Shown in pieces: positions 23,912-38,500 of a stretch of DNA of 64,000 bases. The translations under genes and the position numbers were made by a program. The notes under the pieces are model-generated. The model saw only the letters and a list, made by a program, of their open reading frames with translations, was not told the DNA's origin and did no database searches. Position 1 is the first letter of the stretch. Every line of letters begins with the position of its first letter. Source of the stretch: Seison nebaliae (Eukaryota); the NCBI GenBank assembly GCA_023231475.1, contig JALJEE010000107.1, positions 1 to 64,000 on the forward strand. The letters run 5' to 3'.

Positions 23912-25594
23912 AACTGAATAAACTATTTATCAAAAAATTAATAAATATTCTAATCGGTGTTCGAATAATTTTTTCAGTTAAATTAAAAAATTATGATATT
24001 TTCAATATTTTCGTATAAATTTGAAATTTAAAAAAAAATTAAATATGATGAAAATATATATTTATCTGGTAAAACATTTTAGAATTTACCGAATGTCTTT
24101 CCTATGAGGAAAAGGAATTCTGTTTGAACTTAAAACCGCTAAATTATTTTCTACTTTTTTGAGGTCTAATGAAAAATGGTAGTGGATCGGCAAATGTTCT
24201 ATTAAAGAATTTAATGTGGAAGAAAACTGTCAAATAGTCTTTGATGGTTTGAGGATCGTTAATTAATTGGAGATAATTGAAAAAAATTTCTTTTACCAAT
24301 TAAAGTTCGAGTAACGGCAACAGTTTGCAGAAAACAAGTAATATATGATTTTACCGATAAATTAACTTTGTTCATTTGTGCAACATGTAAATTGGTGTTT
24401 TGGAATGAAAAGAGAGTACCTGATAATTGCCGATTGAAAATCATTCAATAACAGAAAACTGAATATAGATAAATATTCAACGTTCTATGAATTATAAGAA
24501 GAAAATAATCATTTTTTACTTTCCAATTTCTCCTTCCTTCATTTTTCAGATATCGCACATCAAAATTTCATAATTAGCCAATTATTTTTATGAATATGGA
24601 AAATCTTAAAGAAATCGATGCGTTACGCTCACTCGGCATGGAATAAATGATCGTTGAATTCTTTCGATAATGAGTGCGTGAACAACACTTTGCATTTCTC
24701 TTCTCCTAATTTTCAATAGATGATGATATAGTCACTTAGGTTCAGAGAACTATTTAGTGGTAGCTAGTGAAAAGATTTTTATGGGTTATTCATATTAGAT
24801 AGTGTTAACACATGACAATTGAGATAATGGTAATTCCGCTAATCGTTCGCTAAATGAAGTGATAATTTCCAATTATTTCTCGATATTTTGTTTTGTTTTG
24901 GATCAAAATTATTTTGCGTAATTCTCTTCCCAAATCTTTCTTGGAGAATTCATCTTCAAACAATTCAATGAATGCAGTTTTTATAAGAAAATAAAATGAA
25001 AATTTCTTTAGTTTTAACTCCATTTCTTTTTTTTTTGGTGGGCAGTTCACACTCTCGCAGCACGATCATATCAAGAATTCTCTGAAAAGCCGAGACGGAA
25101 GGTGCGTATTGAAGTGGGAAATACGTGAAGTAAACGTATTTATTCTGTTATTTCATTAGAATCATTGTTATCAGTAAGTGTGAATTTGTAAATTATAGTT
25201 GGAAAAAGTTCCTATAATTATTTTATTGGAAGTTCAGATATTTATAAGAAGAAAGAATAGATCTTCTTTTCTTCTCGAATGTTTAGTAGTATTGAAATTA
25301 ATTTTTTATAATAGTCTTGTTAAATGAACATCTTATTCGATAAATGAGATCTGCAATTGTTGTTGGTATTGTTTTGTTGAAGAGACTTTAATCTTTCGCA
25401 CATTTTTCATATTTGTTACACAATTGGGAGTTGGGTGGCACACAACATCCCTGGATAATAATGAATTGATGAAACGATTTAATTTTTTCCTATTTCTCAC
25501 CTTATTATATCACAGAAATTATTCTTGTTCTATTGAAAACATAAAAATTGTTCGAGATCATTCATAATTCCAATTTACACATCGAGCGACGGAG

Positions 25595-28167
25595 ATGGAA
25601 GGAATTTTCGATGAAACTTATCTCAAATACGTCAATCTATTTTCCGATGTTCAATATCAGAATAATAATTTGGAAATGTTTCAAGCACAACAATTGATGC
25701 AACAACATATGCAGCAACAACAGCAACAACAACAACAACAGCAACATCTTCATTCTACTTTTAAATTACCAATGACATCGATAGAGAATGAACAATTGAT
25801 CTGCGAGCAATTACAATCTCCAATTCAGAATAATCAAATCGATTCAAAAAATTTCATTTCTCCAATTTTCAATCATTCGAATATCTCTGACGAAATCACT
25901 TCGTTTGATTATAGTTGCGAAGAACGAAATGGTTCAAGAAGACAAATTGATATATTCGATCGAACGTCAACTGACACGAGTATTCCAAGTAATGCGAATA
26001 ATACAAATACGAGCGATTTCGAAGGAATTGAAGCAAATGCAAACACAGATGATAGTAAAGAATTGAATGTGTCAAGCAATTCCAGTGGTTCCAGTAACCT
26101 CAAGAGGAAATGTGAAGATAATAATCAACCACAAACAAAAATGCCAAAAAGTGAACCGCAAATTTCGGATGGTGATTTTATAGAACAACAGAAATATTCT
26201 CAAATATATCAAACATTTCCATCGACCCTACCACCGTCTAATATCCATTCGGACAATACAATAACGACTAATGCAGTTGCAAGTGTTAATAATGAGAATA
26301 ATAATGTTCTTGTGCCATCGAATACTAATCAGAATTATATGAATCAATTGGCGGTTGCTGCAGCAGCCGGTTTCCTCATATCCGATCGAATTTGTGTTCA
26401 ATTGGTAAATTTTGATTTGTGGTTGAAATTTAATAATCATACGACAGAAATGATTATTACAAAGCAAGGACGACGTATGTTTCCCATACTACAATTTGCA
26501 CTTAGCGGTCTTAATCCAGAATCACATTATAATATTTTTGTCGATATTATTTTAGCCGATCCCAATCATTGGAAGTTCCAAAGTGGACGATGGATTCCTT
26601 GCGGACAAGCCGAACAACTACCAGCAGGTTTATTTATAATATTATTTCGAAAATAATTTTATATCTTTTGACAGTTGGTCGAATTTATTTGCATCCCGAT
26701 TCACCGAATACTGGCTCTCATTGGATGAAGAACGATGTGGTATTCAATAAATTGAAATTAACAAATAATAAGAATTGTATCGGTAGTCAGGTTCGTACAA
26801 CAAAACTCTTATATGTTTGATTCTTATTTTCTTATTTTAGATTGTACTGAATTCTATGCATAAATACCAACCGAGATTACATATTGTTGAAGTAAGTAAT
26901 CCAGTTCAAAATAATTTGGTGAATTGTCTAAATATGAATGGATTTGATGCTAATTATCAATCTTATTTATTCAATAGTGGCATTTTTCCTGGTAGTTTTC
27001 ACAATAATTTTTTTGGAGGTCCCTCATCTTTATATTGGCCGTTCAACGGTACTAATTATGGAAATTCGCTGAATGATCTAAACGGAAATATTCAATTGAC
27101 TTCAAATGCAAATAATACTTCTCAAATTGAAAATGAATGCCACATTCTCTTATCGAAACATGATAAAGAATATTATTGTCAATTAAATCCCGAAGAAGAT
27201 AAATCAGATAATTCCAACAATGAAGAACAAAAACCGAAGAAAAGTTCTTTGAAACAATCAAAAGCGAACGAGAAAACAAACAATAAAAACGCGTCTAATT
27301 CAAAGAACACTTCACCAATAATTCAGCAAACACATCAACAATCCGCTTCAACATCATTGACAAATAACAACAACAATAATACTCATCATCATTCATTAAA
27401 TGTTGGGAAATATGCAAAGAAAGTTAGTTGTGCGGAAAAAAAGGATAGTCTCCATTCTTTCACATTTATCGAAACACAATTTATTGCGGTTACTGCTTAT
27501 CAGAATACGGATGTTAGTAAATTTATTTACGATAATTATAAATATTTATTATAATAATTTTCATCAATTTCAGATAACTCAATTAAAAATTGATCATAAT
27601 CCATTTGCAAAAGGATTTCGAGATAATTATGAAAGGTTCAAAATTTTTCTTCATTTAAAATTATTCATATTCAAATATAATAACAGAAATTATGAGACTT
27701 TAGCATTAATGGCAGCTGCCGCTGTTGCACAACAGCAGAATACTGATCAAAAAACGAACATGAAAATGGAAAAGAATCGACAACAACTAAGAAATGGGAA
27801 CATTAATTTAAATTTTCAGAATAATTCCATCTCTGCTAGTCAACATGCTCAACAAAATTACAATAACAACAAATTAGTTAACTCCCAATATCAAGAACGA
27901 CAACAACAACACATAAATGGGGAATCATTGAATCAAGAACATGAATTGATGAAGAATGAATGTGCAAAATTCTTCAATAGTTCCTTATTTCTCAATCCAT
28001 CAATTAGTAATCTAACAGCTGCATCGACCACAGTACCATCGTTGCCAGTCAGTGAGAATAATGCCGCAACGATTAATTATACGATCGCTACCAATTCGAC
28101 CAGTTCAACTAATTCACAAAACGAACAAAATTCCGCGTCTTTCTATTGTGACCAATATGTGTATTAA
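25595..28167 (+). CDS. T-box transcription factor, Eomes/Tbr1/T-brain subfamily; introns 26628-26674, 26791-26840, 27513-27573, 27636-27686
   Basis: [112 protein letters not shown]. The [14 protein letters not shown] segment is Tbr1/Eomes-type. Poly-Q near the N-terminus. Confidence 0.93.
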
Positions 28168-28517
28168 GTAACTTATTTATTTTAGTAAATTTTAAAATAA
28201 AATCTTTATCTCAAATTACAAGTGGGATTTGATAGAATCCATAATTAAATGTTTAATTATCTAAACATTTAAACCATTTATAGAACCGGATAAAATGGGT
28301 TTGTTGATTTAAAAAATATATGAAAGAAATTTGTGCAAACTCATATACGTATGAATAATTGGAGAAGGAAAAGGAAATCAGATAAAACAGTTTCCAAATG
28401 TATTACATATTGCTTAATTAGTTAGAGAACTTTTTTTTTTAAAATATTTTTTGGTTGATTATTATTTTTTGTCTGGAAGACTAACTGAACACAGAATTGG
28501 GAGAATGAAGATTCATT

Positions 28518-30749
28518 TTATGTGGGTTTGATTGAATTGAAATTAGCAATATTTTCATCCGAGTCAGTTGCAACAAAGTTACGGAATTTTTCTTGGACAT
28601 TCCTGATCCATCTGGCAATCGAATGTTTCTTTTCTTTACCTAATAAATCATTTTCTTTTATATACTCATTCACATTCGTATAAGCGTAAGAATCATTGAC
28701 ATTCCGATATTTCCATGCGGAATCCGAATAATTCTGCTTGCCATTCATCTGATTCGCTTCCATGGCATTATAACGCTCTCGTTCTAATCGTTGAGTTCCT
28801 TCTGACATATTATTCAGATAAGTATGAAAACGATGACTCTTTTGTACTAATTTCCGACAATCTTCAATGAAAGCTTTCTCCTCATCTTTCGTCTGGAAAG
28901 AATCGGAGAAAACAGTTTCACTTTCATCATCTTTCCCTTTCACTTCATCCATATATCGTTCACCGTTGAACTGGTCACGAGATTTTCTTGAATGACTTTT
29001 ATGTTTATGTTTGATCCGACTCGATTTCTTTCGATTTATCCTTTCCTCCTTATCATAATTATGTTTTGATTTCGTTTCGTTAGGAATGCAAACTACATGA
29101 TCATCATTATCATCATAATCGTCATGTGTCACACTCAATTTTTGCGATGTCATATCATTATGACGATCATTAATTGTATGATGATTTTGATTTGCATTAT
29201 TCTCGTTATTAATGATTCGAACGTTTATATCATTATCATCAACGAAATGATTATTTTTATCATCTCGCTTCCGCAAACTATTTTTCTTCATGATTCGTGA
29301 ATGATTAATATTCGATTGTTTATTCAGTTCAAATTCTTTACTAGAAGATGTCTCCGATGGAACTTCATTTATCTTTCCCATTAATTTATTATTAATGTTG
29401 TTGTTGTTAGTGTTGGAATTTTCATTAGGTATTAATTGACCGTTTGGATTATTCATGTAATTATCTCGATTGAGTTTGGAGCCGCTGTCGGATGGACTTC
29501 GATAGGATTTCGGTTTATCCGAATGTTGAAGATATGTTGAGTCATATGAATTCATCACATTATGTCGTGAACGATAGGAATGAGTATCTTTATCTTCATG
29601 TAATCTCGTAATGGCTCGTCGATGAACAGTCATTGATTTTGGTGTTTTCGACATTGTTGACGATCGTGTGGGTAGATTAGTTTTAGAGAATTGAGGAAGA
29701 ACAATATTCGGTTGATGTTGCGAATGATGATAATTTGAATTTTCAAAATCTTTCATTATCGTTTGTGAATGACGTATCGAACTACTACTGTTTTTTACAT
29801 TATCGCACGATTGTTGAAGGAAATTGGAATGCTGTGATAATGATATTGATGGCGAATGGTTATGGTTATTCGTATTACGTAATAATGGAAATTTAGTGGT
29901 AGTCATATTGTTATTATTATTATTCGATGAATTTATTTGATATTTTCTCCCGATGACTTCACTTGGATTCGGATTTAATGACATACTATAATTGTGATAT
30001 TGTTGCTTCTTCTTTCCTGGTGATTGAACTTCATCGATCGACCGATTTATCATTTGATGTCGATTATTTGTTCGAAATGCATCATTCCTTCTCGTCGTAC
30101 GCTATTTTTCAATCAATTCATTTAATATGTTTATTTCGAATCATTTTGGTCAATTGTTAAAAAAAAGAATTTTCATTCAATTTATTTTTGTATTAATAGA
30201 AGAAAAAGAAAGAAGAATTTTAATTGAAATAAACGAAAAAAGGAAAAAGGAGAAACTTGAGTATTTATTTCGCCCTTTGTCTTGTTTCGAACACTTTTTG
30301 CAGATGGTGCATCTCTCCATGATGATCGATTATTCTCATTCAACTTGTTCTTCTTTCGGTTAATCAAATTTTTTACAAGTTCATTCTCTTTTTCGTTGTT
30401 CATTATAATTGGTGTGGCAGCTGCCGTAGTTACAGCTTCACGATGCATTTCATCTGACTTCTTAATATTATCTTCTCCACTTAAATCTTCAGTGAAACTG
30501 AAAGAAGATGCATGGATTGGCGATAAAGACTTCTCGTATTCGAATTTTGGAGTATCGAAAAAACTGTTTTGCCCATGAAATGTATTCACTGAAATGTTCT
30601 TACTATCGTCAATGAACCTTGAAGAACACTGCAGTGGATAATCGGCTGTATTAATGATTTGACGAGATTGATGGTGAGAATGATTGTCAGACCGGAAATT
30701 GGTTGAACTGAAATGATGATGGTGTTGACGATGATGTTGCTTCAAATAT
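28518..30749 (-). CDS. Orphan low-complexity (N/H/S-rich) protein; exons 30749-30257 and 30101-28518; first exon not located
   Basis: ORFs 30182..30766 and 28518..30053 join in frame via intron 30102-30256 (gtttct..aatag, INTQ|RTTRR). A pyrimidine tract plus AG acceptor lies at 30750. Confidence 0.6.
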
Positions 30750-32572
30750 CTAAAAGATGTTGACAAGAAAAAAAAGAAGAAAGAAAAGAATTAATACAAG
30801 TTCAAATGAGACGAACATGAGAAGGTGATGTTAAATGATAACATTTTCATAGAACATACGCATTAAATGTTAATTTGAGATTTGGCGAACGAATTTTCAG
30901 GAAGAATCGAAACGTTTAAATCACGAAAATATAAAAAAATTAATTGAGAGTTGTATCCAATTTTTTCTTGTTGCTTCGAATGAAATCGGAGAAAAAAAAA
31001 GTTTTATATTAATGATATAATTTCAGATACTTTACGGCATTGACTTCATGCCTATTCTTCTACAACCTGTTAACAAACGTTCCATGAGAAATTTAAACAA
31101 TTTAAAAAAAGGAGAATGGAACAAGAGAAAAGAACTTGAGAATGACGATTTCAATATTATAAACGAAAAGTCAATAGACTGACTTTGTATGAAGCTGTTA
31201 AAATGAGCAAATGAATTAATTCAATAAACATTTCCACTTCGTTACATACCTAGAAGAAACTGTTCATCATCGATCGCTTATAACTGCAGATTTGTTATTA
31301 TACTCCCAAAAGAATAATGTTAAATTCTTCTTGAAAAACAGTTCGCTTCTCTTCGAAGAAGGAAGGAATAATCAGTCAATCAACTAAACACGTCTACTAC
31401 TCAAGGAAGATAGCTTTTAACTGTTTGTTCAAGCTTCAAATAAAACTTTTTTGACGATGAAGAAGCTTTTTATATCAAATTAACTGATTTCTGAAATGTA
31501 TTATCGATTCCTGACTATTGTATAAAACGGAGGAAAACAGTCTGGCAGCATTCGGAGTGGGCCCTCTTCTTTGCTCAATCGTAATGCAAGATCGGAAAAG
31601 AAAGGTGAGTCCAACACGACAAATAATAGCACGACAACAATCTCATATTTGTGTATTATTGCTTAAAGGTAAAACCGACTATTTCACCTTCGGTCAATTC
31701 TTGTTTCACTCAATTCAATTTTTTTATTTAGTTAACGGATTTTTTAGAAGGGCGAAACTGAACAAAATTGATCGTTTCAATGCGATGTAACAAGGAGGAA
31801 AAGGTGAAAAAAATAAAATTCAACAGACAAATATTTTCATTCATCAATTCAATAAACAGAAATACATATTCCAATCAATCAATCAATCAATCAATCCTAT
31901 ATCTGTTCTCATTACTATTCTTGAAAAAAGGAAAATGGAAATATGAAAAAGAAGTAACTGAACCAAAAAATAATTTGCATCAGAAACGCAAGGATGTTTG
32001 AAACACACACACACACACACGCATTCATATCACTCGTATCATGGGAAAGAATTGATAAAAATGGAATAGGTAAATACATCGTTTTGCGCTCAGTTAAAAC
32101 TTGAATGTTTAGTAACATTACGTCTAAATGATTCGAATAAAAAATGGAAGATCTCTTGTATCATTCTCTTGAAAATTATGTAAAATTATTTATTATTATC
32201 TCAATAAGAAATAAGTCAATCAATCAATCAATCAATTCGAAAACAGATATTGATGATATGAATTTGAATATTTTATTCTAATTTTTTCAACAATAATCGA
32301 TGATGAATTTATGACAAATATACGTATATGATCTATCGATATGAAGATTATTCTTAATATTATCCTTTTGCAAAATTTGCTCCTCTCCTCGATTAAAAAT
32401 ATAGTATCATTATTTTTTTAAGAGAATGTTACGATGTTATTAATTGTTGAATAGCAATTTCCCTCAATTGTAGGACATCCATAGATGTTGGTAATTCTTC
32501 AAGGAATAACATTATTTGAAATGATATTGTCGCCAAATACTCTTTAGTATGTTGGAGTAAAAGAGAATTTAA

Positions 32573-33106
32573 TTAAACATCATTTATCTTACAAGCAAGT
32601 TGGGAACAGAAAACAATGAAAACGATAACTGACCCTATTCCATCATATCGTTGTGAGCTATTATACAAATTATTCAGATTTTCATATTGAACTTCATTTG
32701 ATTGATTTTGTTCCATATCATTTCGCTCCTTCCGTCGTTGTTCAGGTAAATGTTGATGTCGTCGAATAATGCGTCCTTTCCCTTCGACCTTGAGAGGTTT
32801 GATGAAAGATGAAGATTTAGATTGATCCACTACTGCCTTCTGCATATCATACTGGAATAATATGTTATTAATATTTACCAAATTCGTTTTCTTCTTCTTT
32901 TTCCCATTACATTTCCTGCTTCCATCGATTTCTTTTATCTTTAACGATGTTGTCGTATTTGGATTTATAGATGATTCACGTTGCTTAGCAACCAACGTTC
33001 CTTTCCAATATGACGTTATCGGCAATGGACGATGCATTCTTAACGGCTTGATACTATTTAATGTTCTGTTTGTCGATCTATTCATTCGGTGCACAAGTCT
33101 TTCCAA
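32573..33106 (-). CDS. Possible exon of an uncharacterised basic protein
   Basis: 177-codon open frame in AT-rich DNA; no motif recognised and no start exon resolved. Confidence 0.3.
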   Translation of the reverse strand: MERLVHRMNRSTNRTLNSIKPLRMHRPLPITSYWKGTLVAKQRESSINPNTTTSLKIKEIDGSRKCNGKKKKKTNLVNINNILFQYDMQKAVVDQSKSSSFIKPLKVEGKGRIIRRHQHLPEQRRKERNDMEQNQSNEVQYENLNNLYNSSQRYDGIGSVIVFIVFCSQLACKINDV

Positions 33107-35529
33107 AAGAAATTTGATCTTATGGAGATTTGAATGTTGCTAGTTTGGATAAGATTCTTTCTTTACCTTTCCATTCGTCGAAATAAAATAATTTTGTGCA
33201 ATTCATTATATAACATCGAAGGGAAATTGTTGATACTTGAAATGAAAGTCAATCCAACTCTTTGAAGGTCTTCAAATACTTCTTATATTCATGTATTTCT
33301 AGTGAAACACAGTCTCTCTTACTTTTGCGGCGTCTTTATTATTCTTATTGTTTCTTCTCCATTCTTCATCATCATCAGCATCTTCTTTTTCTATTCCTCC
33401 CATTTGTTTGTAGTAAATTGTTCATTTACTTTCCAATTTTATGTTCGAAAACTTAACTTACTCGTAAAACTTTCCTGAAATTTCTTATTCTATTTGCCTC
33501 CTCAATATTTATATTAAAGACTCTTCATTCCCCCAACAATGTTTTCTTTCACGATTATGTTCAACAGCTGAACAGATATAGACTCCAATTTTTACTTTTC
33601 TCTTTCGGAATAAAAGGAAAAGGATTTTTAAGAGCAATATTATTGCAAAATTGTTTCACGATTAGTTCTTTCATAAAGAAACTAATTCATTTTACGAAAC
33701 TTATCGACTTCTTCTGAAAAAAGAAACGCATGAAAAAGAACTTCATTGGTTTCAATGATACTTTTCACAATCATTTATGCCGAAAATGTTAGTTTATGAG
33801 AAAATGAAAGAAGAAAATTCTTATTCTCATAATCATACAGAAATTCTCAGTATTAAATTTCGGACGTTACACATTTCGTAACGTCAAGATTATTAGGAAG
33901 AGTTAATGAAGTTTATTTAGTTTTCATTAGACTTATTAAGATAATAATAAAATTACGTCTTATCGAGAATGATTTTATCGATTTATTGTTAATTGGAAAT
34001 TATGTTGTTGATTTTATGAAAACAATGAAGGTTATTCGATGCCAATGAATCTAATGCAAGAGATTGGAAGGGAGGAAGAAGGAAAAAAATCTTACTTTTT
34101 TGTTAATAGAATTCCCCTCTCATATCATTGAGAATATCGCAAAAATTATGATAAATGTAAATATTATGTACGAATCTTAACGACAGTTGCTTCCAGCAAT
34201 TTCCAACAATATATTACATTCTTCTTCCTAATTCTATACTATAGAATCTTTAGCGTTCTTCAACCGAACTTACACGTTAGACATGAAATTTTTAATAAAT
34301 TTCCTTATTCGTTTCAAAAAAGAATTCCTAAAGAGAAATTTGAGAGACTGAAATTGAGTTACATTTCGTACGATACTTTCAATCAAAATTAGTTCACAAT
34401 TATATTGTCTTAGAAATTTCTAAGACGGCCGATAATATTTGGTTATCTTTTAGAAAGATAATGAAACCACTAGACATGAAAAAAGAATTATCGGTTCACA
34501 ATTAGGTCTTAAATATCACATTAAGTTCCGGTAGGTAAATTCCGGTTTTTTTTTTATCGAAAAATGAATAATCGGAAGGAAACAAGTCTTATTGAAGATG
34601 TAACGTCTCAATAAAACATTAAATCCATTCATCCATAGTAGAGTGAAGTAATAGTGAAGTATTTCATTCGATCTGATCGATTATTTTTTCGAAAATAAAT
34701 TGGAGGTGACCCTTTATCATACGACTGAACTAATCGGACTGACGGAAATCATGGAATTGGAAACATTAGACAAATTGAGAAATACAATTCTTTCAGTAAC
34801 AATATTCATGTAAAATCCAAAAATATAATTAGCAAATGGAGAGGAAGGAGTTTCAAAGAAATCGCCACCAAAATCCAATATCGGATATCCATTACAATTG
34901 ACACAATGAACTACTTCGGAAGAGAGGAAATGAAATATAAATTTCTAACTAGCAAACAAATCTGAAACATATTTTCATAAAGATTACAGAAAGAGAAAGC
35001 GAATTAAAGTCTTTGATTACCAAATAAGTTGGTTATTGAACAAAATAATAATTACATGAAATTTCCAAATTCTATCACCATTATATTGTAACATATACGT
35101 CGAAATGAAATTCTATTTTGAAAGGATTTTGGAGATTAAAGTTTTTCTCTGGATAAATTTCATCAAAAATTATTAAAAGAAATTTTAATTTTTTGTTTAT
35201 TTAAAAAATTGTTAAGCAACCATATGGTCGGAATAACCAAATTGTGAGATTAAAAGAGTATAGAAGAAAGAATGTTGTTTGGGTAAGAAGAAAAGGAATC
35301 ATTTCTTATCGATATTTGATCGATAATGAACGAGAAATATTAAGAAGTTTGAAAGGAGAAGTTTAGGGGTAGATGAAAGAATATATTACATAATGATGGA
35401 ATGAATGACAAATTGGATGAAAGAGTAAATGTCAAAAAAAAAGTAAAGTTAAGTTTCGGTATAAGGTGAAAACCAAATAAAGAAATAAATATTATGAGGA
35501 AGGTCAAAGCAGTTGCATCGTCATCCGAA

Positions 35530-38500
35530 CTAATCGGAATCGGGAGTTAGTTGTTCGTGTTTTCCCCATGGATGGTCCGAATGGTTATATTCATTCAACA
35601 AATTTCCACTAGATTTCATCGGAGAAGAAGTTTTTTGTGATTTTAAAGTTGAATTATTTAGAATAAAAGTAGTCGAATTTGTTTGGCGATCTTGAGTGGG
35701 ACTATCTTTTGTGAAAATGGAATAGAATTGTTTAATGAATGAATTGGTAAATGTTCGCTTTGGAGATAATAGAGATAAGAATGACGTTCCATTGTTTGAC
35801 ACAACTCCAAATATGTGGGCTAGAAAATTGATATAAAACGGTTCCAATGTCAACACGTTCTTATCATTCAATAAATCAATTTTTACAGTGACATTATCAC
35901 GAATGTTTTTCGCGTCTGTGACGTTTTTCAAAATATTGTCATCTTTTATTGATTCAGTTGATATTAGCTTATCTTCATTTCCGGTTGGTTCTTTCAAAAT
36001 ACTAACAGACGTAACATTTTCAATTTCTGAAATAATAGTAGTGGAAGAATCGGTTGTGGTTATATATGTCACGTTGTCAATTGTAAGATTTCTACCGACG
36101 TCTTTATTACTTGTTCCATTACTTAAATTGTTATCAGTGGAATTTTTTGAGCTTAACAATTTGTTGGAAGTTTTAGAACTCTTTGTTTCGTTTAAAGTAA
36201 TGTTCTTCAGTTCATCTTTTACTTTGCTGAATTTTTGAAATTTGGAAGTCAATGTAGAAGACTTAATTATTGGATGATTGGAAAAGTTATTTGTAGTTTT
36301 AATAGCATTATGAGGATAAGAAGTAGTGTAATTATTTTTGAAAATATTTCCGTTAACTAATGTCCATTCTGAGTGTCTCTGCGTCTCTGAGTTGTTTGGT
36401 TTGAAAGTGGTGGTGTCTATTAAATGAGAGTCGTTGAAGTAAAATTTAGAATGTTTGTCATGAAATTCATTTTCAAATTTTCCAGTATTTGACAATCCGT
36501 CAAACCCTTTGGATGATACATTAGGTTTATGGGTGAATGGGAACGTCCAATTATCAGCATAATTCATTGTGAATAAACTATTTGATAGTGGTAATGTAAA
36601 TTTAAGGGGTTTGTCTTTATTTCTGGTTGTTTTCAATAAAGTCGCTCGGCTAATAAAATTATCATTTAATTTTTGAGAAGTTTCAGGTGTCTCTAGTTCT
36701 TTAATGGCATTGGTTGAATATGAGGTATTAATATAGGGGAACAACTTAGGAGTTTGTGTTGTTGATGACGTCAAAGATACCACGTTATTATTAGTTGACA
36801 TGTTGAATAAATTTTGAATAATATTCCCATTATTTTCACTTGTTTTATAATTCGAAAAATTATTATTTCGGACGAAATTGACTTTTGTTGTTGCGATGCC
36901 AAATTCTTCGTCATACCAACTAGTGGAATATAACGGTTTGTCGTGTGGACTAAATTTGGTCGTCAAATATTCTTGGTATATTTCAGCTGGAAAGGTAGAA
37001 GTAGTTTCCTGAACTTTATTTAAATTATGAGTTGTATTAATCTTTATTGATACAATTGTAGTTGTTGCTTCTTTTTTCCTTTTTTCTGTAGTTGGTGTTG
37101 AACCCTTTATATCTCCTGTCATATTTGATTCGACAGTTGTAGAGGTAATATTATTTGAGAATTTTTGGATTTCTTTAATAAGATCATTCGCCCCAAAATA
37201 ACTTGGACAATTTAATTCGTTAAAAATTATTTTTCGCAATTTCTCCATTAATTTCTCATTAGTCGTTCTATCAAAATCACTTGCTTCAACCACCTTCTTT
37301 ATTATCAAAAATATAGAAATAGCATTTTCACAATTTCTGTCAAATTCTGGCTTGATCAAATTTCGTAAACTTGTAGATGTTATGGTAGAATAATAGGAAA
37401 CACTGTTTGTTGTTGTCTGTCGATTGAAATTGGATAAACCTTGAATGATAGGCAATATCGAATTCATCAGATGATTAATTTTTTCATATTTATCAGTATC
37501 GTTAAATTTTGTAATCGATTCTTGCAGTTGAGTTGTTGCGTTTTGGAAGAAAAATTCCTCCATTAATTTACTTGTGACGTTGTGAGTTGTAGTCGATGAA
37601 ATATTAAAAATTTCAGTGGGATAAATTGTTTGAATTATATCTGGTTCCGGTGTTGTCCAATTAATAAAATTATCATAGTTATTTTGTAAAATTTTTGGAT
37701 TTCGGGAATTATTTCGAATGTTATTAGTCGATTGAACATTATCAGATGTTGTATGTAAAATATCTCCAGATCTAAAATTGAAGAAATATTATTTAACGGA
37801 ACTAAAGACATTTTTAAAAAATTAAACAAATCCTGAAGAAACTCTACGTTAGTGAATGGTAAGGTATCGTTTGGTTTAAATGAAGTAGTTGATAGGTGAT
37901 TTGAAAAATGGTTTAACGTGTCTTCTTCCATTTCTTGATTATCGGTTTGGTTTAAATGGAGTGTAAAATTTTCAAAAAATTTCCATATTTCCAATAAATA
38001 TTTCTTCTCTTTCTCATTTTTATTTTCTTCAAATTGGTCATTAATTATAGTTTTGTTTCTCTCAATTTCATGATGGTCATTTGGATGAGTGGCTAAAGAA
38101 TCTGTTGTTGTTTCAGAAACTGTTGCAGAATTATTAGTATTGTGAAAAATGTTATTATATTTCAATAATTTCCCTGAAAATTGTGTTGAGGTTGTAGTAT
38201 GTGACATTTTCAAAGTAGTTTTTGTAATTAATGTTGTGGTTCTTTCTTGTTCTTCGACTAGAGATGACATATATTGCATCGTTGAGAGTGTTGTTGACGT
38301 ATTACTTGTGCCATTTTTTATAATTGTGGGGATAGTTTTCTTGAATAATTTCGTTGTTTTGATGATATCAGACGTATTGTACAATATCGTGCTTATTATT
38401 GTTGGTATTGTTGTTACTGGTGGTGTGGTTATCATTGGTATGGCTGTTGTTGTTAACATTGGTTTTGTTGGTGTAGTTGTTGTCATTGGTTTAACTGTTG

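Noticed and set aside
34407..34426. Perfect 20-bp palindrome GTCTTAGAAATTTCTAAGAC
   Set aside because: Isolated and AT-rich, with no associated element or second copy seen.
37563..37640. Possible frameshift or stop readthrough between adjacent long ORFs (also 744/884, 30053/30182, 41861 onward)
   Set aside because: Each junction is explained by a GT-AG intron, and conserved proteins translate correctly with the standard code, so there is no evidence for recoding.
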